Sequence record: NC_041911.1
Reading direction: 5' to 3' (one strand)
Length of the DNA: 64,000 bases
Shown: positions 27,953 through 37,618 of the stretch, piece by piece
Numbering within the stretch: position 1 is the first letter of the stretch
Layout: every line of letters begins with the position of its first letter
Translations under genes and position numbers: made by a program
Notes under the pieces: model-generated
What the model was told of the DNA's origin: nothing
Databases searched by the model: none
The model's input: the letters and a program-made list of their open reading frames with translations, nothing else

Positions 27953-30043
27953 ATGGTGACTATCGTTTCGGGTACTCCGCGCATCTACCAGACCGGCATC
28001 AAGGACAAGAGTCGCAAGACGGTCCAGGCTGAGCGCGAAGCAATCCCCACCTTCCTGGCGAAGGTGTTCGGCTATGCCAAATCCGGCCCCCTCGACCCGC
28101 AGCTGGTCGTGGGCAACAGCCGTACTCTTTTGTACGGCGTCGAGTCCTTTGACGAGCGCGGCAAGTACGCGACGCACGCAACCGTGCTGTCGAATACGCT
28201 GAACGCCAAAGGCAACATCCAGATGTTCCAGCGTGTGTTCCCGAAGGACGGTGGTCCGAAGTCCACGCTGCGCGTCTCGCTCGATCTGCTGGCCACGCAA
28301 GTGCCGCAGTATCAACGCAATTCCGACGGCTCCATCGTCCGTGGTGACGACGGCCTGCCGGTTCCGGTGGTTCCGGCTGCAACCGTTCCGGGCTACAAGG
28401 CTCGCTGGGTTGTGCGTCAGATCCCGGATGGCCAGATCGGCCAAGCGCAAGAAGCGCCCGGCGGCATGACAGACGGTGCCAACCAGTCCGTGCTGTATCC
28501 GTTCCATGACCTGGAAGTGCCGTACTTCGGCGGCGATGGCAACAACGTCGGCCTGCGTATGTGGGCGCAGACCGTGACTGGCCTGACCCCGTTCGATGAG
28601 CGCCTGCTCAGCGAAATGAAGGTCTACCCGTTCCGCATGGCCTGCCTGAAGCGCGATGACGAGCTGTCGACCGGTGTGGTGGTTCGCACCCAAACCGACG
28701 AGACCTCGGTACAAGCAACCTGGAAGCAAGGTCTGATCGACCGCAACACCGACGCCGAACTGTATGTGGGCGATGTGTTCATCCAGGCCTTCGACCAAGT
28801 CGACGACCCGAACCTGCCGCCGCTTCATGGCCCGTTCGGCACGCTGGCTACCTACGACACCGAGATCGCCAAGGTCCTGGGTATGGTGTACGCGGCTGAA
28901 GCCCCGCTGGTGGACGAGTTCTCGGACATCACCGGTACGGACCCGGTCGGCGAACTGTACATGATGAACCTGATCGGCGGCTTCTCCTCGAAGAACGTGC
29001 CGTACCATTCGTTCATCCTGGACACCACTGGCGCCGATACCGTTCGCATGTCGGAGAACTCCGTGTTCTACGCACGCGGTGGCTCCGACGGCACCATGAA
29101 CGAAGCCGAGTTCGCGAAACTGGTTTCCGAGCAAGCCAAGCAGTACAGCGATCCGACCAGCGAGCTGATGAACAGCGTCGTGAACTGCGAATCGATCATC
29201 ATCGACTCCGGCTTCCCGCTGGAAACCAAGTACGACCTGATCGACATCATCTCCATCCGTAAGGACACGGCGGTGCTTCTGTCGACCCACGACGTGCTGG
29301 GTGAAACCCTCACCCCGTCGGAAGAGTCGTCCATCGCGGTGGCTCTGCGTACCCGTCTGCAGCTGTTCCCGGAATCGGAAGTGCATGGCACTGCCGTGGT
29401 TCGTGGTATGGTGGTGGGTCATTCCGGTGAGTTCTTGGACAGCAAGTACAGCAAGCGCCTGCCGCTGACGCTGGAAATCGCCAAGAAGGCCGCTGACTAC
29501 ATGGGCGCGGCCGATGGTCGCTGGAAGGCCGGTCTGTCGTTCGACAGCGCACCGCTGTCGGAAGTGACCAGCTTCAAGAACGTCAACGCCACGTTCAAGC
29601 CGGACTCCGTCCGCAACCTGGACTGGAAGAACTGCCTCGTGTGGGTTCAGTCGTTCAAGCGTCGCTCGGTGTTCTTCCCGGCACTGAAGACCTGCTACGA
29701 CGACGACACCTCCGTGCTGAACAGCTTCTTCACCATGATGGCCTGCGTGGAACTGGAAAAGGTCGGCTACCGCGCGTGGCTGAACTTCACCGGTTCGGAC
29801 AAGCGGACCAACCCGGTCCTGAAGAAGGACGTGGAGAAGTTCATCAACGACGACGTGAAGGATCGTTTCGACGGTCGCTTCGTGATCATTCCGGAGGTGT
29901 TCTTCACTCAGGCTGACACTGACCGTGGCTACAGCTGGTCGACACGCATCAAGCTGGGCGCAGCCAACATGAAGACGGTCAACACGTTCGAGCTGGAAGC
30001 CTACCGCATGGACGACCTGGTCCAGGCACAAACCGGCGCCTAA
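27953..30043 (+). CDS. Contractile tail sheath protein (phiKZ gp029-like)
   Basis: 696 aa with extreme codon bias. TPRIYQTGIKDKS N-terminus, DSGFPLETK and a sheath-type C-terminus (RFDGRFVIIPEVFFT...YSWSTRIKL...MKTV). Confidence 0.85.
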   Translation: MVTIVSGTPRIYQTGIKDKSRKTVQAEREAIPTFLAKVFGYAKSGPLDPQLVVGNSRTLLYGVESFDERGKYATHATVLSNTLNAKGNIQMFQRVFPKDGGPKSTLRVSLDLLATQVPQYQRNSDGSIVRGDDGLPVPVVPAATVPGYKARWVVRQIPDGQIGQAQEAPGGMTDGANQSVLYPFHDLEVPYFGGDGNNVGLRMWAQTVTGLTPFDERLLSEMKVYPFRMACLKRDDELSTGVVVRTQTDETSVQATWKQGLIDRNTDAELYVGDVFIQAFDQVDDPNLPPLHGPFGTLATYDTEIAKVLGMVYAAEAPLVDEFSDITGTDPVGELYMMNLIGGFSSKNVPYHSFILDTTGADTVRMSENSVFYARGGSDGTMNEAEFAKLVSEQAKQYSDPTSELMNSVVNCESIIIDSGFPLETKYDLIDIISIRKDTAVLLSTHDVLGETLTPSEESSIAVALRTRLQLFPESEVHGTAVVRGMVVGHSGEFLDSKYSKRLPLTLEIAKKAADYMGAADGRWKAGLSFDSAPLSEVTSFKNVNATFKPDSVRNLDWKNCLVWVQSFKRRSVFFPALKTCYDDDTSVLNSFFTMMACVELEKVGYRAWLNFTGSDKRTNPVLKKDVEKFINDDVKDRFDGRFVIIPEVFFTQADTDRGYSWSTRIKLGAANMKTVNTFELEAYRMDDLVQAQTGA

Positions 30044-30118
30044 CAGGCACAGGACGGCACTCAGGGGCTAAGCGCTCCTGAGTGCTCCTACTCCCGTCAC
30101 TGAAAAGAGAACTTAACG

Positions 30119-31039
30119 ATGACTCAACGCCTTACCGAAGCGATCTTGGGCAAGGACATCGCCTATGCCCAGGGCCGCCAGAACACGATGCTGGATCTGC
30201 GCTACGGCGGCCAGATGGGCTACGCTCCGCAGCTCAACCAGATCATCTCCAACCAACCCTATATCAGCCGTCCGCTGATCCCTCTGCTGATCGAAGCGCC
30301 GCTGGGCTTCAACGATCTGCCGAACTCCAACTACTGGATCGAATCGCTCCGCTCGCTCGTCGAGCTGCGCGCGATCAAAGTGACCGGTCTCGAATCGACG
30401 ATGGAAGTCGCCGTCGAAGACACGGCACCGGTGGGTGGCGCTGGTGAAATGCACCAGGACTTCACGAACGTGACTCGTGCGCGTTCGAACCCGCAGTTCA
30501 GCTGGGTCGAAGTCTACGGCCTGGCTGTGAAGTCGTTCCTGGAAGGTTGGGTATCCAACCTGATGATGGATGCCAACTCCAAGGTGGCCAACGTTGCAAC
30601 GCTGCTGGATGCCAATGCGCGTCCGAACGCGATGCTCGCGGACTACTACGGTATGTCGGTGGCCTTCATCGAACCGGACCCGACCCACACTAAGGTGGTG
30701 CGTGCATGGCTGTGCACGAACATGTTCCCGTCCGGCCGTATCGCTCAGTCGGAAGGTCAGCGCGACCTGACCCAAGCTGGTCAGCACGTGCAGTACGACG
30801 TGACCTTCACTGCGATCACGCAGGTCGGCATGGGCGTGGACTACTACTGCCAGCAGCTGCTCGACAACATCAACATCCTCGGCGCCAACCCGCTGGCTCG
30901 TAAGGCGTTCACGCAATACGACACCAACAACGGCGGCCTGGGCGAAGGTCAGCTCGTCGAGCCGCGCCTGCAAGATGTTGGTTTCGGTTACAAGGATCTC
31001 GCAGAGAGCCTGCCGAACAACAACGTCAAGCTGGGCTAA
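30119..31039 (+). CDS. Tail tube protein (phiKZ gp030-like)
   Basis: 306-aa gene directly after the sheath, with PTHTKVVRAWLCTNMFP and strong codon bias, followed by a terminator. Confidence 0.75.
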   Translation: MTQRLTEAILGKDIAYAQGRQNTMLDLRYGGQMGYAPQLNQIISNQPYISRPLIPLLIEAPLGFNDLPNSNYWIESLRSLVELRAIKVTGLESTMEVAVEDTAPVGGAGEMHQDFTNVTRARSNPQFSWVEVYGLAVKSFLEGWVSNLMMDANSKVANVATLLDANARPNAMLADYYGMSVAFIEPDPTHTKVVRAWLCTNMFPSGRIAQSEGQRDLTQAGQHVQYDVTFTAITQVGMGVDYYCQQLLDNINILGANPLARKAFTQYDTNNGGLGEGQLVEPRLQDVGFGYKDLAESLPNNNVKLG

Positions 31040-31060
31040 TTCGCACACGCGATACATGGA

Positions 31061-31095
31061 AAGCTGGGGCCTTCGGGCTCCAGCTTTTTATGCCG
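31061..31095 (+). terminator. Terminator of the sheath-tube operon (hairpin plus TTTTTATGCCG)
   Basis: AAGCTGGGGC-CTTCGG-GCTCCAGCTT hairpin followed by TTTATGCCG. Confidence 0.75.
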
Positions 31096-31162
31096 TAAAC
31101 AAAAAAATAAAGGAAAGGAAGCAGCAGAGTAGCCCGAAGGCTACTCTGCGCTTTATGCCGAA

Positions 31163-32815
31163 TTACTTCGGAATTGCTGCGAACAGCTGATCAAACACCG
31201 GACCACGGAGACCGAACACCGACACCGCAACCGAACCAGGCATACGGCTGCCCAGTTGAATGCGACCAGCGTGAAGCGCCAGAGCGATGTTACCGCCTTC
31301 GCCGATCTCGCTGCGATACGGCAACTGAACCGAACCGATAGCAGCCGGGTCCAGATTCAGGAACACCACGTTGCTGTTGTTCGCTTGACGCGACCACGTT
31401 GCCGAGAGCAGCACTTGGTTGGTGTTGATATCGCGGATCACAACGGAACCATCTGCTGCCAGAGTTGCTTTGACGTTACCGTTCAGAGCGACTTCGGTGC
31501 CGAAGATCTGATCGATCGAAGTGTAGGTCGTGTTGCGATCACCCAAGTAGTTGCAATGCGACACGCCGTCTTGCACGATAGCGTTGGCCGAATTCTGGCA
31601 CGCAGTCAGATCCAATTCAATCAGATCGAAACCGCGAGTCAGGATGCCCACCGTTGCTTCAGCACCAACCGGGAACGAGCCCTGCAGAGCATTGCGGGTG
31701 GTGTTGTCCATCCAGCCAGTCATGCCGTCAGCAAAGCTCTTGCCGCCCACTGTCACGCGACGGAACTCCAGTGCAATCGGGCCACCGGTGATAGCGTCGA
31801 TCAGCTGCATGGCGTTGCCGTTGGTCGATTGAACCGCCATCGGCTTGTCCAGATCAGCTTCGGACAGCAGTCCCGACCAACTGCCGTTGTTCAGCATGTG
31901 GTAGTGACCGAGGTACGAGGTGAACTTGGTGGCGTCCGGCGTACCCCACTGGCCGTTGATAAAGGCTTCGCGGAAAGCATGGACACCGTCAGCGTTCTGA
32001 GTGAAGCGCTGACGTACTTGGACTTCGCCGGTGCCGTTCATCATTTCCGTACCGTTGTAAACCAACATGTCGGAAACGAGAACCGTCTTGGCATCCACGT
32101 CGGTGACGAGCACGGGTTTGGCAACCTGCGCATCAACGTCAGCTTGCGTGACGTTGTCGATACCGCCCTTAGCGACGATAGCATTCATCAGCCCGCGCAC
32201 TGTATCCGCGCCAGCAACACCGTTCTTGGCGAACTGTGCCACCTTGTCCACCACTTGCGAGGCAAACGCAGAAGACGTATGGTCACCGTTGGCGATGTAG
32301 TCGTCACGCAGGTTCACCGAACCACCGACAAACGAGACCACAGCCTTGGTAGCGTCGTCCTTGGACATGCCTTGTTCCATCAGCGACTGTTGCATCGTCG
32401 TGAGCGGCGTGACGTTCTGACCAGTCAGACCGTCGACCGTGGCGGTCAGAGCGAAGGATGCCGGGAAGACGTAGCCAGCAGGCCGCGACAAGTCCTTGGT
32501 ATTGTGATCGACCACAACCAGCAGCTTCTTGCCGGTAGCATCGCCGTCGTAGCTGATCGAATAGCCGCCCTTGTCGTCAGTCAGGGCGGTCGGTTCGCCA
32601 GCGTCGCAGATGCCATTGCTGTTCAAGTCGAGACAGACAGTGGCGCCAGCAAGGTAGCCGTCGACGGCCTTGCCGGAGATTTGCTTGGCGTTGGAGATCG
32701 GGGTCGTGTTCGTATTACCGCTATCGTTACTGCCACCACCGCCACCGCCGCAAGCGGTGAGGGTGAACGCCACAGCCGCAAGGGCCAGAATGGATTTGAT
32801 GGAAGGACGGTGCAT
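31163..32815 (-). CDS. Bacterial-type lipoprotein
   Basis: Signal peptide II with lipobox LTA-C22, a Gly/Ser linker (GGGGGGSNDSG), then ISGKAVDGYLAGATVCLDLNSNGICDAGEP as seen in proteobacterial surface lipoproteins. Confidence 0.85.
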   Translation of the reverse strand: MHRPSIKSILALAAVAFTLTACGGGGGGSNDSGNTNTTPISNAKQISGKAVDGYLAGATVCLDLNSNGICDAGEPTALTDDKGGYSISYDGDATGKKLLVVVDHNTKDLSRPAGYVFPASFALTATVDGLTGQNVTPLTTMQQSLMEQGMSKDDATKAVVSFVGGSVNLRDDYIANGDHTSSAFASQVVDKVAQFAKNGVAGADTVRGLMNAIVAKGGIDNVTQADVDAQVAKPVLVTDVDAKTVLVSDMLVYNGTEMMNGTGEVQVRQRFTQNADGVHAFREAFINGQWGTPDATKFTSYLGHYHMLNNGSWSGLLSEADLDKPMAVQSTNGNAMQLIDAITGGPIALEFRRVTVGGKSFADGMTGWMDNTTRNALQGSFPVGAEATVGILTRGFDLIELDLTACQNSANAIVQDGVSHCNYLGDRNTTYTSIDQIFGTEVALNGNVKATLAADGSVVIRDINTNQVLLSATWSRQANNSNVVFLNLDPAAIGSVQLPYRSEIGEGGNIALALHAGRIQLGSRMPGSVAVSVFGLRGPVFDQLFAAIPK

Positions 32816-32893
32816 TGAGAGTTTCTCCTGAGAAAACTAAAATGGGTTAAGATCCAACGAGACAGCAGTTCATTGAGTGCACTGCTCAGGATG

Positions 32894-32922
32894 GTAATAT
32901 AAGACCGAAACTTCTTTCGCTT
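32894..32922 (-). promoter_or_regulatory. Putative early promoter for the lipoprotein
   Basis: Minus strand reads AAAGAAGTTTC-N6-ATATTAC, about 80 nt upstream of the ATG. Confidence 0.55.
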
Positions 32923-32985
32923 GAACAAAAAAGAAATGGCAGCATAAAAGCAGAGTGAGCCGAAGCCCACTCTGCGATATGACGA

Positions 32986-33723
32986 CTAACCGCCTTTGAA
33001 GCCCATGTAGGGCTGCTCCCAGTGGTTGTAAGGTTGGCCAGCTGCCCACGGAAATACCGGAGGCGCTTCGTTTTTCTTCAGAGCCATTTCGACATCATGC
33101 TCTTTCCCCATGGGTACGTACTCTTCCGGATAGTCCGTTGCGTCTTTTTCCGGAACATACACACAGCCACCCATCACAGCCATCCCTCGTTCGTACCATT
33201 CGAAATAGAAGGTGAATGTCGGGAAGCGTTTATGCATGGCCTCCAGAACCGGCCAAGGCGGGCCCCACGGCGTGTCAAAGTACAAGGTGTCATGCACATC
33301 GACCCAGGCTACGCTAGAGGCATTCCACTTTGTGCCCCAGTTTGCAACGCACCACTCATAGCCACCGCTATTGTAGCCGTCAGACGTATAACCCCTAGCG
33401 TCCTTCCCATACTTCTCAGCCATCTCTGCTTGGGTTAGACTTGCGCTGTCGTTATCTCGTTCGCGGAAATTTTCCGGGTAAGGAAGGAAGTTCTCGAAAT
33501 CAAATAGCTTGCGAGTCTTGTCCGTGCGGAAATAATCGACAGAGAAAGAAATGCCCTTCTCTTTCTCCCTAGCTGCCTTACTGGCGACTTCCAGCGCTTT
33601 CATCCGCTCAGCATAACGCGTAATGGATTCGCGAAGAGCATCGAGAAACTCTTCTTTTTCAGCTTCTGGATAAAGCCAGTTGCCCGGACTCACCTTTAGT
33701 TCATTACGGCACCAGTTTGGCAT
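32986..33723 (-). CDS. DUF1281/YubB-like (ferredoxin-like fold) protein
   Basis: MPNWCRNEL...FDFENFLPYP...YEWCVANWGTKWNA...FDTPWGPP...WYERG family pattern. Confidence 0.75.
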   Translation of the reverse strand: MPNWCRNELKVSPGNWLYPEAEKEEFLDALRESITRYAERMKALEVASKAAREKEKGISFSVDYFRTDKTRKLFDFENFLPYPENFRERDNDSASLTQAEMAEKYGKDARGYTSDGYNSGGYEWCVANWGTKWNASSVAWVDVHDTLYFDTPWGPPWPVLEAMHKRFPTFTFYFEWYERGMAVMGGCVYVPEKDATDYPEEYVPMGKEHDVEMALKKNEAPPVFPWAAGQPYNHWEQPYMGFKGG

Positions 33724-34019
33724 TACCGCTCCTTTTCAGATAGGCCTAAGTATTCCAGTACAAAGGCGTGATTCTCGCGGGTGTGGTGGTCGTCGAATTC
33801 CTTTCTGCCGAGGTAGGCTTCAACCTGTCCGATGGTCGGAGCGTCGTTGTAATAACCAGAAACCAAAGTGTTGAAACGAGCTTGGCAGCAATAGGAACAC
33901 TTCAGGACATCCTGAGGAGTGTGTCCGCTGATGCAACTGTTTCTAACCTTACGCCTGTCGACCGGCGTAACATTTTCCGTTTCATTGAAACGCTGTCTGA
34001 TATGGTCCGGGATATTCAT
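33723..34019 (-). CDS. Hypothetical protein
   Basis: 98-aa ORF whose stop overlaps the next start (TAATG). Contains CSYC. Confidence 0.55.
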   Translation of the reverse strand: MNIPDHIRQRFNETENVTPVDRRKVRNSCISGHTPQDVLKCSYCCQARFNTLVSGYYNDAPTIGQVEAYLGRKEFDDHHTRENHAFVLEYLGLSEKER

Positions 34020-34042
34020 TTTCTTTTACCAAAAAAATAAAT

Positions 34043-34254
34043 CGGCATAAGAAGCGAGGACTCTTTCGAGTCCTCGCTCTTAGGAATTGTGACGTGGGAA
34101 CCGAAGTTCCCACGAGTCCTTGACCTGATGTGGTTTCTGATGAGGGGAGTTGTTTATGGGCGAACCCAAGCAGGTCCCTTTTCCTGCACCACGCGCGGTC
34201 TTCACAGTCTTTCGACCGTAGGCAGGACCACTTGCCTTCTTCCAGCAGGAAGCC
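34043..34254 (-). ncRNA. Structured 3-prime RNA element or small RNA candidate ending in a terminator
   Basis: Stems capped by GAAA and UUCG tetraloops, with G-U pairs specific to the minus strand. Confidence 0.35.
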
Positions 34255-34755
34255 TTACAGATCGGCTGCTTCGGCCAGGGCCTTCATGTTGTTCTTGATG
34301 GCAGCCCATTCGGTCTGGGTGCGGGTGGACACCACGTTGATACGGCCGACGCCGATCGAGCCGACGTAGTTCGACACTTCGCCGGTCTTGACGTTGCGGC
34401 TGGTGCCGGTGCGCTTGAACACGCCTTCGTAGCTGTCCTTCTTGAAGATCGGGGCGTTCAGGGTTGCGGATTGCAGATCCTTGTTGCCCTTGAAGGCATC
34501 GACAGCGACTTCCGAGCCGGCCTTGGTAGCGGCGTTGCTGAACAGGTCGGTGTATTCGCGATCGCGCTTGTAGGAAGCTTCGGTCAGGCCTTCGGGAGCG
34601 TGCTCGAAGAATGCGCCGGCCGGCAGGGTCATCACGCCAGTGGCGTTGTCGATGGTGATCTGGCCTTTCAGCTTGTCAGCCAGTTGGACCAGGTCGTCCT
34701 TGAACTTGATTTCGACGGTGGCTTCAGCGGCAGCGACGTTGTTGGCTTCGGACAT
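34255..34755 (-). CDS. Hypothetical protein, predicted highly expressed
   Basis: 166 aa, AAGAGGA RBS and codon bias as strong as the sheath, tube and PhuZ genes. Confidence 0.75.
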   Translation of the reverse strand: MSEANNVAAAEATVEIKFKDDLVQLADKLKGQITIDNATGVMTLPAGAFFEHAPEGLTEASYKRDREYTDLFSNAATKAGSEVAVDAFKGNKDLQSATLNAPIFKKDSYEGVFKRTGTSRNVKTGEVSNYVGSIGVGRINVVSTRTQTEWAAIKNNMKALAEAADL

Positions 34756-34841
34756 GATGGTATTCCTCTTTACAAATGGGTCAGTTGAAAATGTGAGATG
34801 GCTCAGTTAGAGTCCCGAGCCAAGACTGTCGGGAAACTTGT

Positions 34842-35036
34842 TTACTTCTTGAACTTCTCGACCAGCTGGTCGAGCTGACCGGGAGACGGTGCGTGGCGAA
34901 CGGCTGCACCTTTGGGAGGCTTGCCGTCGGCTTCTTTCGATTCGACCTTGTTGACGAACACGGTCGAGTTGTCGGCCGGATCACTGAAAGCGAGACCGGC
35001 GGTGCCGTGCGCTTTCACTGCAGTTGCTTTTGTCAT
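34842..35036 (-). CDS. Small hypothetical protein
   Basis: 64-aa ORF starting MTKATAVK with biased codons. Confidence 0.45.
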   Translation of the reverse strand: MTKATAVKAHGTAGLAFSDPADNSTVFVNKVESKEADGKPPKGAAVRHAPSPGQLDQLVEKFKK

Positions 35037-35101
35037 TGAGGATAGGTGCTCTCGGAAACGCGAGGATTTATCTCGCATGAAATACACTGCTCGCTGTAAA
35101 A

Positions 35102-35875
35102 TTACTCCACAGCGGCAGTTACGTAACCGTCGATCTCGACGTGGTAGATGAAACCTTCGGGAGTCTGGTAGAAGCGATTCGTGCCGAGATTCGCAACGCC
35201 ACCCATGATCGAGTAGCGTTGTTCAGCACGCATGTGCTTCAGGACTCCCGGAATGGCATTCTCAGGATCGAAGCTTTCATCCTTCTCGACAGCAGTGATA
35301 CCAGTCACCTTGGCGCAGAGGTTATCCAGAGTACCGGAGTCCTCTTCTGCCTTCAACTCAGCGAGATCGCCAGGCCGAAGCTTGTTAAGGCTTTCCAGCG
35401 CATCTTCAACCAGCTGGTTCTTCTTCATCAGCCGTGTGAACTCACGGCACACGCCAGTGACGAAGCTCACGAGCACGAAGCCTTTATGGTCAGGCGGAAT
35501 GCCTTCCTTGAAGAGGCGTTCGTTGAACTGTGGCATCGTCGGGATGCGTACTTGAACACGGCAGAGGAATTCGCCGCGTTCCACAGAGCTACGAGTCACG
35601 CTTGCGACATCGTAGTTGGAATTCTCGACGATCTCCATCAGGCGATCGAAAGCACCGTGTTGCGGCGGAAGATCGTAGTAGATGCTGCGGCTGCGGAGGA
35701 ACAAACCACCTTGACTGCGCAGCGTGGTAGTCACTTGATCGCGGAATACCTTGCTGAAGTTGCTGATCTGATTTTGGTAGGTCTCTTCCGGCGATGCCGG
35801 GACAGCATGCAGCGCCATCAACTTGCCGTGCCTTGGGTTTCGACCCACATAGCGAAATTGTTCCAGTTGCTCCAT
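35102..35875 (-). CDS. Hypothetical protein
   Basis: 257-aa ORF with AGGAG RBS, downstream of an ATATTAC motif. Confidence 0.7.
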   Translation of the reverse strand: MEQLEQFRYVGRNPRHGKLMALHAVPASPEETYQNQISNFSKVFRDQVTTTLRSQGGLFLRSRSIYYDLPPQHGAFDRLMEIVENSNYDVASVTRSSVERGEFLCRVQVRIPTMPQFNERLFKEGIPPDHKGFVLVSFVTGVCREFTRLMKKNQLVEDALESLNKLRPGDLAELKAEEDSGTLDNLCAKVTGITAVEKDESFDPENAIPGVLKHMRAEQRYSIMGGVANLGTNRFYQTPEGFIYHVEIDGYVTAAVE

Positions 35876-35987
35876 GAACGTCTCCTGTAGAGTGCAGTGT
35901 GAAGAAAGCCTCCATGCCGGAGTTCTTCATGAAAGAATAGGGTAAAAGTTAAATCATGCTGGCGTACAGCACGAATATCTCACATTG

Positions 35988-36015
35988 GTAATATGTCTCT
36001 GAAAAGTTTTTGAAT
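35988..36015 (-). promoter_or_regulatory. Putative early promoter
   Basis: Minus strand reads AAAAACTTTTC-N6-ATATTAC, just downstream of the protease-operon terminator. Confidence 0.55.
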
Positions 36016-36105
36016 CCAATGTCGCGAAAATGCGGCATAAAAGGCCCACCAGAGGCCCATAGAAGGCCTCCAGTGGGTTTTTACTGCCTTGGGTAGACCA
36101 ACCCC

Positions 36106-36879
36106 TTACCAGTTAGACCAAATGGCCTGCTGGCGGTTCTTTGCGGCTGCAGGAAGCTCCCAGCCGAAAGCATTCATCAGCTCGTGTACGTTGAGCTGAA
36201 CGCTTTCGTTGCCTACACCGCTGGCTTCGATGAGTTGGGTAGAACCCGCCTCGACTTGGCCGCGAGTGAAGGTGACGTCTTCCAGACCTTCCAGAGCCGG
36301 TGAGTTGAATTTCTCGGCGACAGCCATCCCCGGTTCGTTCACGTAGTCGAACGTGACGATCGTCTTGATGTAGCGATTGATGACACCTCGCTCCATTCGG
36401 TCGTCGGTGAACGAACGAATCGAGAAGCACACGTTCTCGGCCGGGTTCTGGAGTTGCTTTTCCAGTACATAGCCGAGCGGACCGTTCGGCGCCACCTCGG
36501 CGAGGATAGCGACGATAGGACGACCTTGATCATCCTTGTAGTTCTCGAAATCCAGCCAGACAGAGGCAAAGTGAACACAAACCTTGTCTTCGTGGATTTG
36601 CAACAGGCGTGCGTAGAACGCCTGCATCGACATCGCGGGATCGCGACGGGGGTGACCGTATTCGCCGCGCAATGCTCCGCGCTTGACGCGGCGCATGAAC
36701 GAGCTGGATTCCTCGAAGAACTGTTTCGCGGCATCAGCGCGGTAGTACATCCCGGCGCTGTTGAACATGTTCAACGCACCAATGACCATCACGTAGTAGC
36801 CGCGCTCATTCTTCTTCAAGTCACCCACCTTGTTCGTACCGTTCAGGCGGGTACAGGTGAATGTGACGTTGTTGAACAT
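36106..36879 (-). CDS. Prohead (head maturation) protease, phiKZ gp175-like
   Basis: LRGEYGHP, VCVHF (catalytic His region), CFSIRSF (catalytic Ser) and TFDYVNEPG. Syntenic with the vRNAP genes. Confidence 0.85.
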   Translation of the reverse strand: MFNNVTFTCTRLNGTNKVGDLKKNERGYYVMVIGALNMFNSAGMYYRADAAKQFFEESSSFMRRVKRGALRGEYGHPRRDPAMSMQAFYARLLQIHEDKVCVHFASVWLDFENYKDDQGRPIVAILAEVAPNGPLGYVLEKQLQNPAENVCFSIRSFTDDRMERGVINRYIKTIVTFDYVNEPGMAVAEKFNSPALEGLEDVTFTRGQVEAGSTQLIEASGVGNESVQLNVHELMNAFGWELPAAAKNRQQAIWSNW

Positions 36880-36885
36880 GATTCC

Positions 36886-37608
36886 TTAGCTAAAGAGAAT
36901 CTCCTCCAAGCGTTCCGTACGCTCAGACGGAGAGTTGATTGCCGAGACCGTACCGTTACGGAAGTAGCCACCGCCGAGCTTGTGCACGGCGTTGGTGGCG
37001 GACAGTGTTACATCCTTGAGAGATGCGTAATACGGCGGTGCACTGACGATATCGTCAACGGACTCGATCACCTGACGGTAATACTGCACACGGTTCTTGG
37101 GGTTCCGTGCGCTAATCGAAACCAGCAACTCCGTCACTTCCTTGTTGGAACCAATGTTGGCGCCAGCATGGTAGCGAGCGGTGTCGAAGATCTTGGCCAG
37201 GTCGAAATAATTCAAGTACCAAGGCACACGGGCCTTGGCAATGATCTCGTCGTAGATTTTGTACGTGAGCGTGTCGGTCTTGGCCAGCTTCAGGTTCGGA
37301 ATCACGACACTACCCGGATAGAAGACGAATTCGAGATATTCGTCCTCACCCACCATCACCCGGTTGATCTCAGCCGGATCAAGACGCAACATAGCGTTGA
37401 CCATCATGATGCCGTACTGATCACCCACCACGATCGCGCAGATCCCGATGATGTACGTTTCTGCCCCCAACGAAGCCAGACCTCGCTCTGCAAAACGGGA
37501 CGGCACGTAGATCTTGCAACCTTTCTCGGTCACAAGCGTGTCGTCCGGCATGTCGTGCAGGGTAGCGAGGACACTCTTCGGGTTGCGTACCAACTGTCGA
37601 ATGTCCAT
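36886..37608 (-). CDS. Virion protein (phiKZ gp176-like position)
   Basis: 240-aa ORF between the protease and vRNAP genes, containing KARVPWYLNYFD. Confidence 0.6.
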   Translation of the reverse strand: MDIRQLVRNPKSVLATLHDMPDDTLVTEKGCKIYVPSRFAERGLASLGAETYIIGICAIVVGDQYGIMMVNAMLRLDPAEINRVMVGEDEYLEFVFYPGSVVIPNLKLAKTDTLTYKIYDEIIAKARVPWYLNYFDLAKIFDTARYHAGANIGSNKEVTELLVSISARNPKNRVQYYRQVIESVDDIVSAPPYYASLKDVTLSATNAVHKLGGGYFRNGTVSAINSPSERTERLEEILFS

Positions 37609-37618
37609 CGCTTATCCC

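Noticed and set aside
27947-30031. 694-aa antisense ORF opposite the sheath, and similar long antisense or alternate-frame ORFs (e.g. 39994-42351, 31256-32818, 21924-23282, 22286-23671)
   Set aside because: These are expected shadows of strong codon bias in GC-rich genes. They lack an RBS and recognisable motifs, and fully overlap well-supported genes.
34132-34175. CTGATGAG on the plus strand, resembling a hammerhead ribozyme core
   Set aside because: The required downstream GAAA after stem II is missing (CGAACC instead), and the local G-U pairs favour the minus strand.
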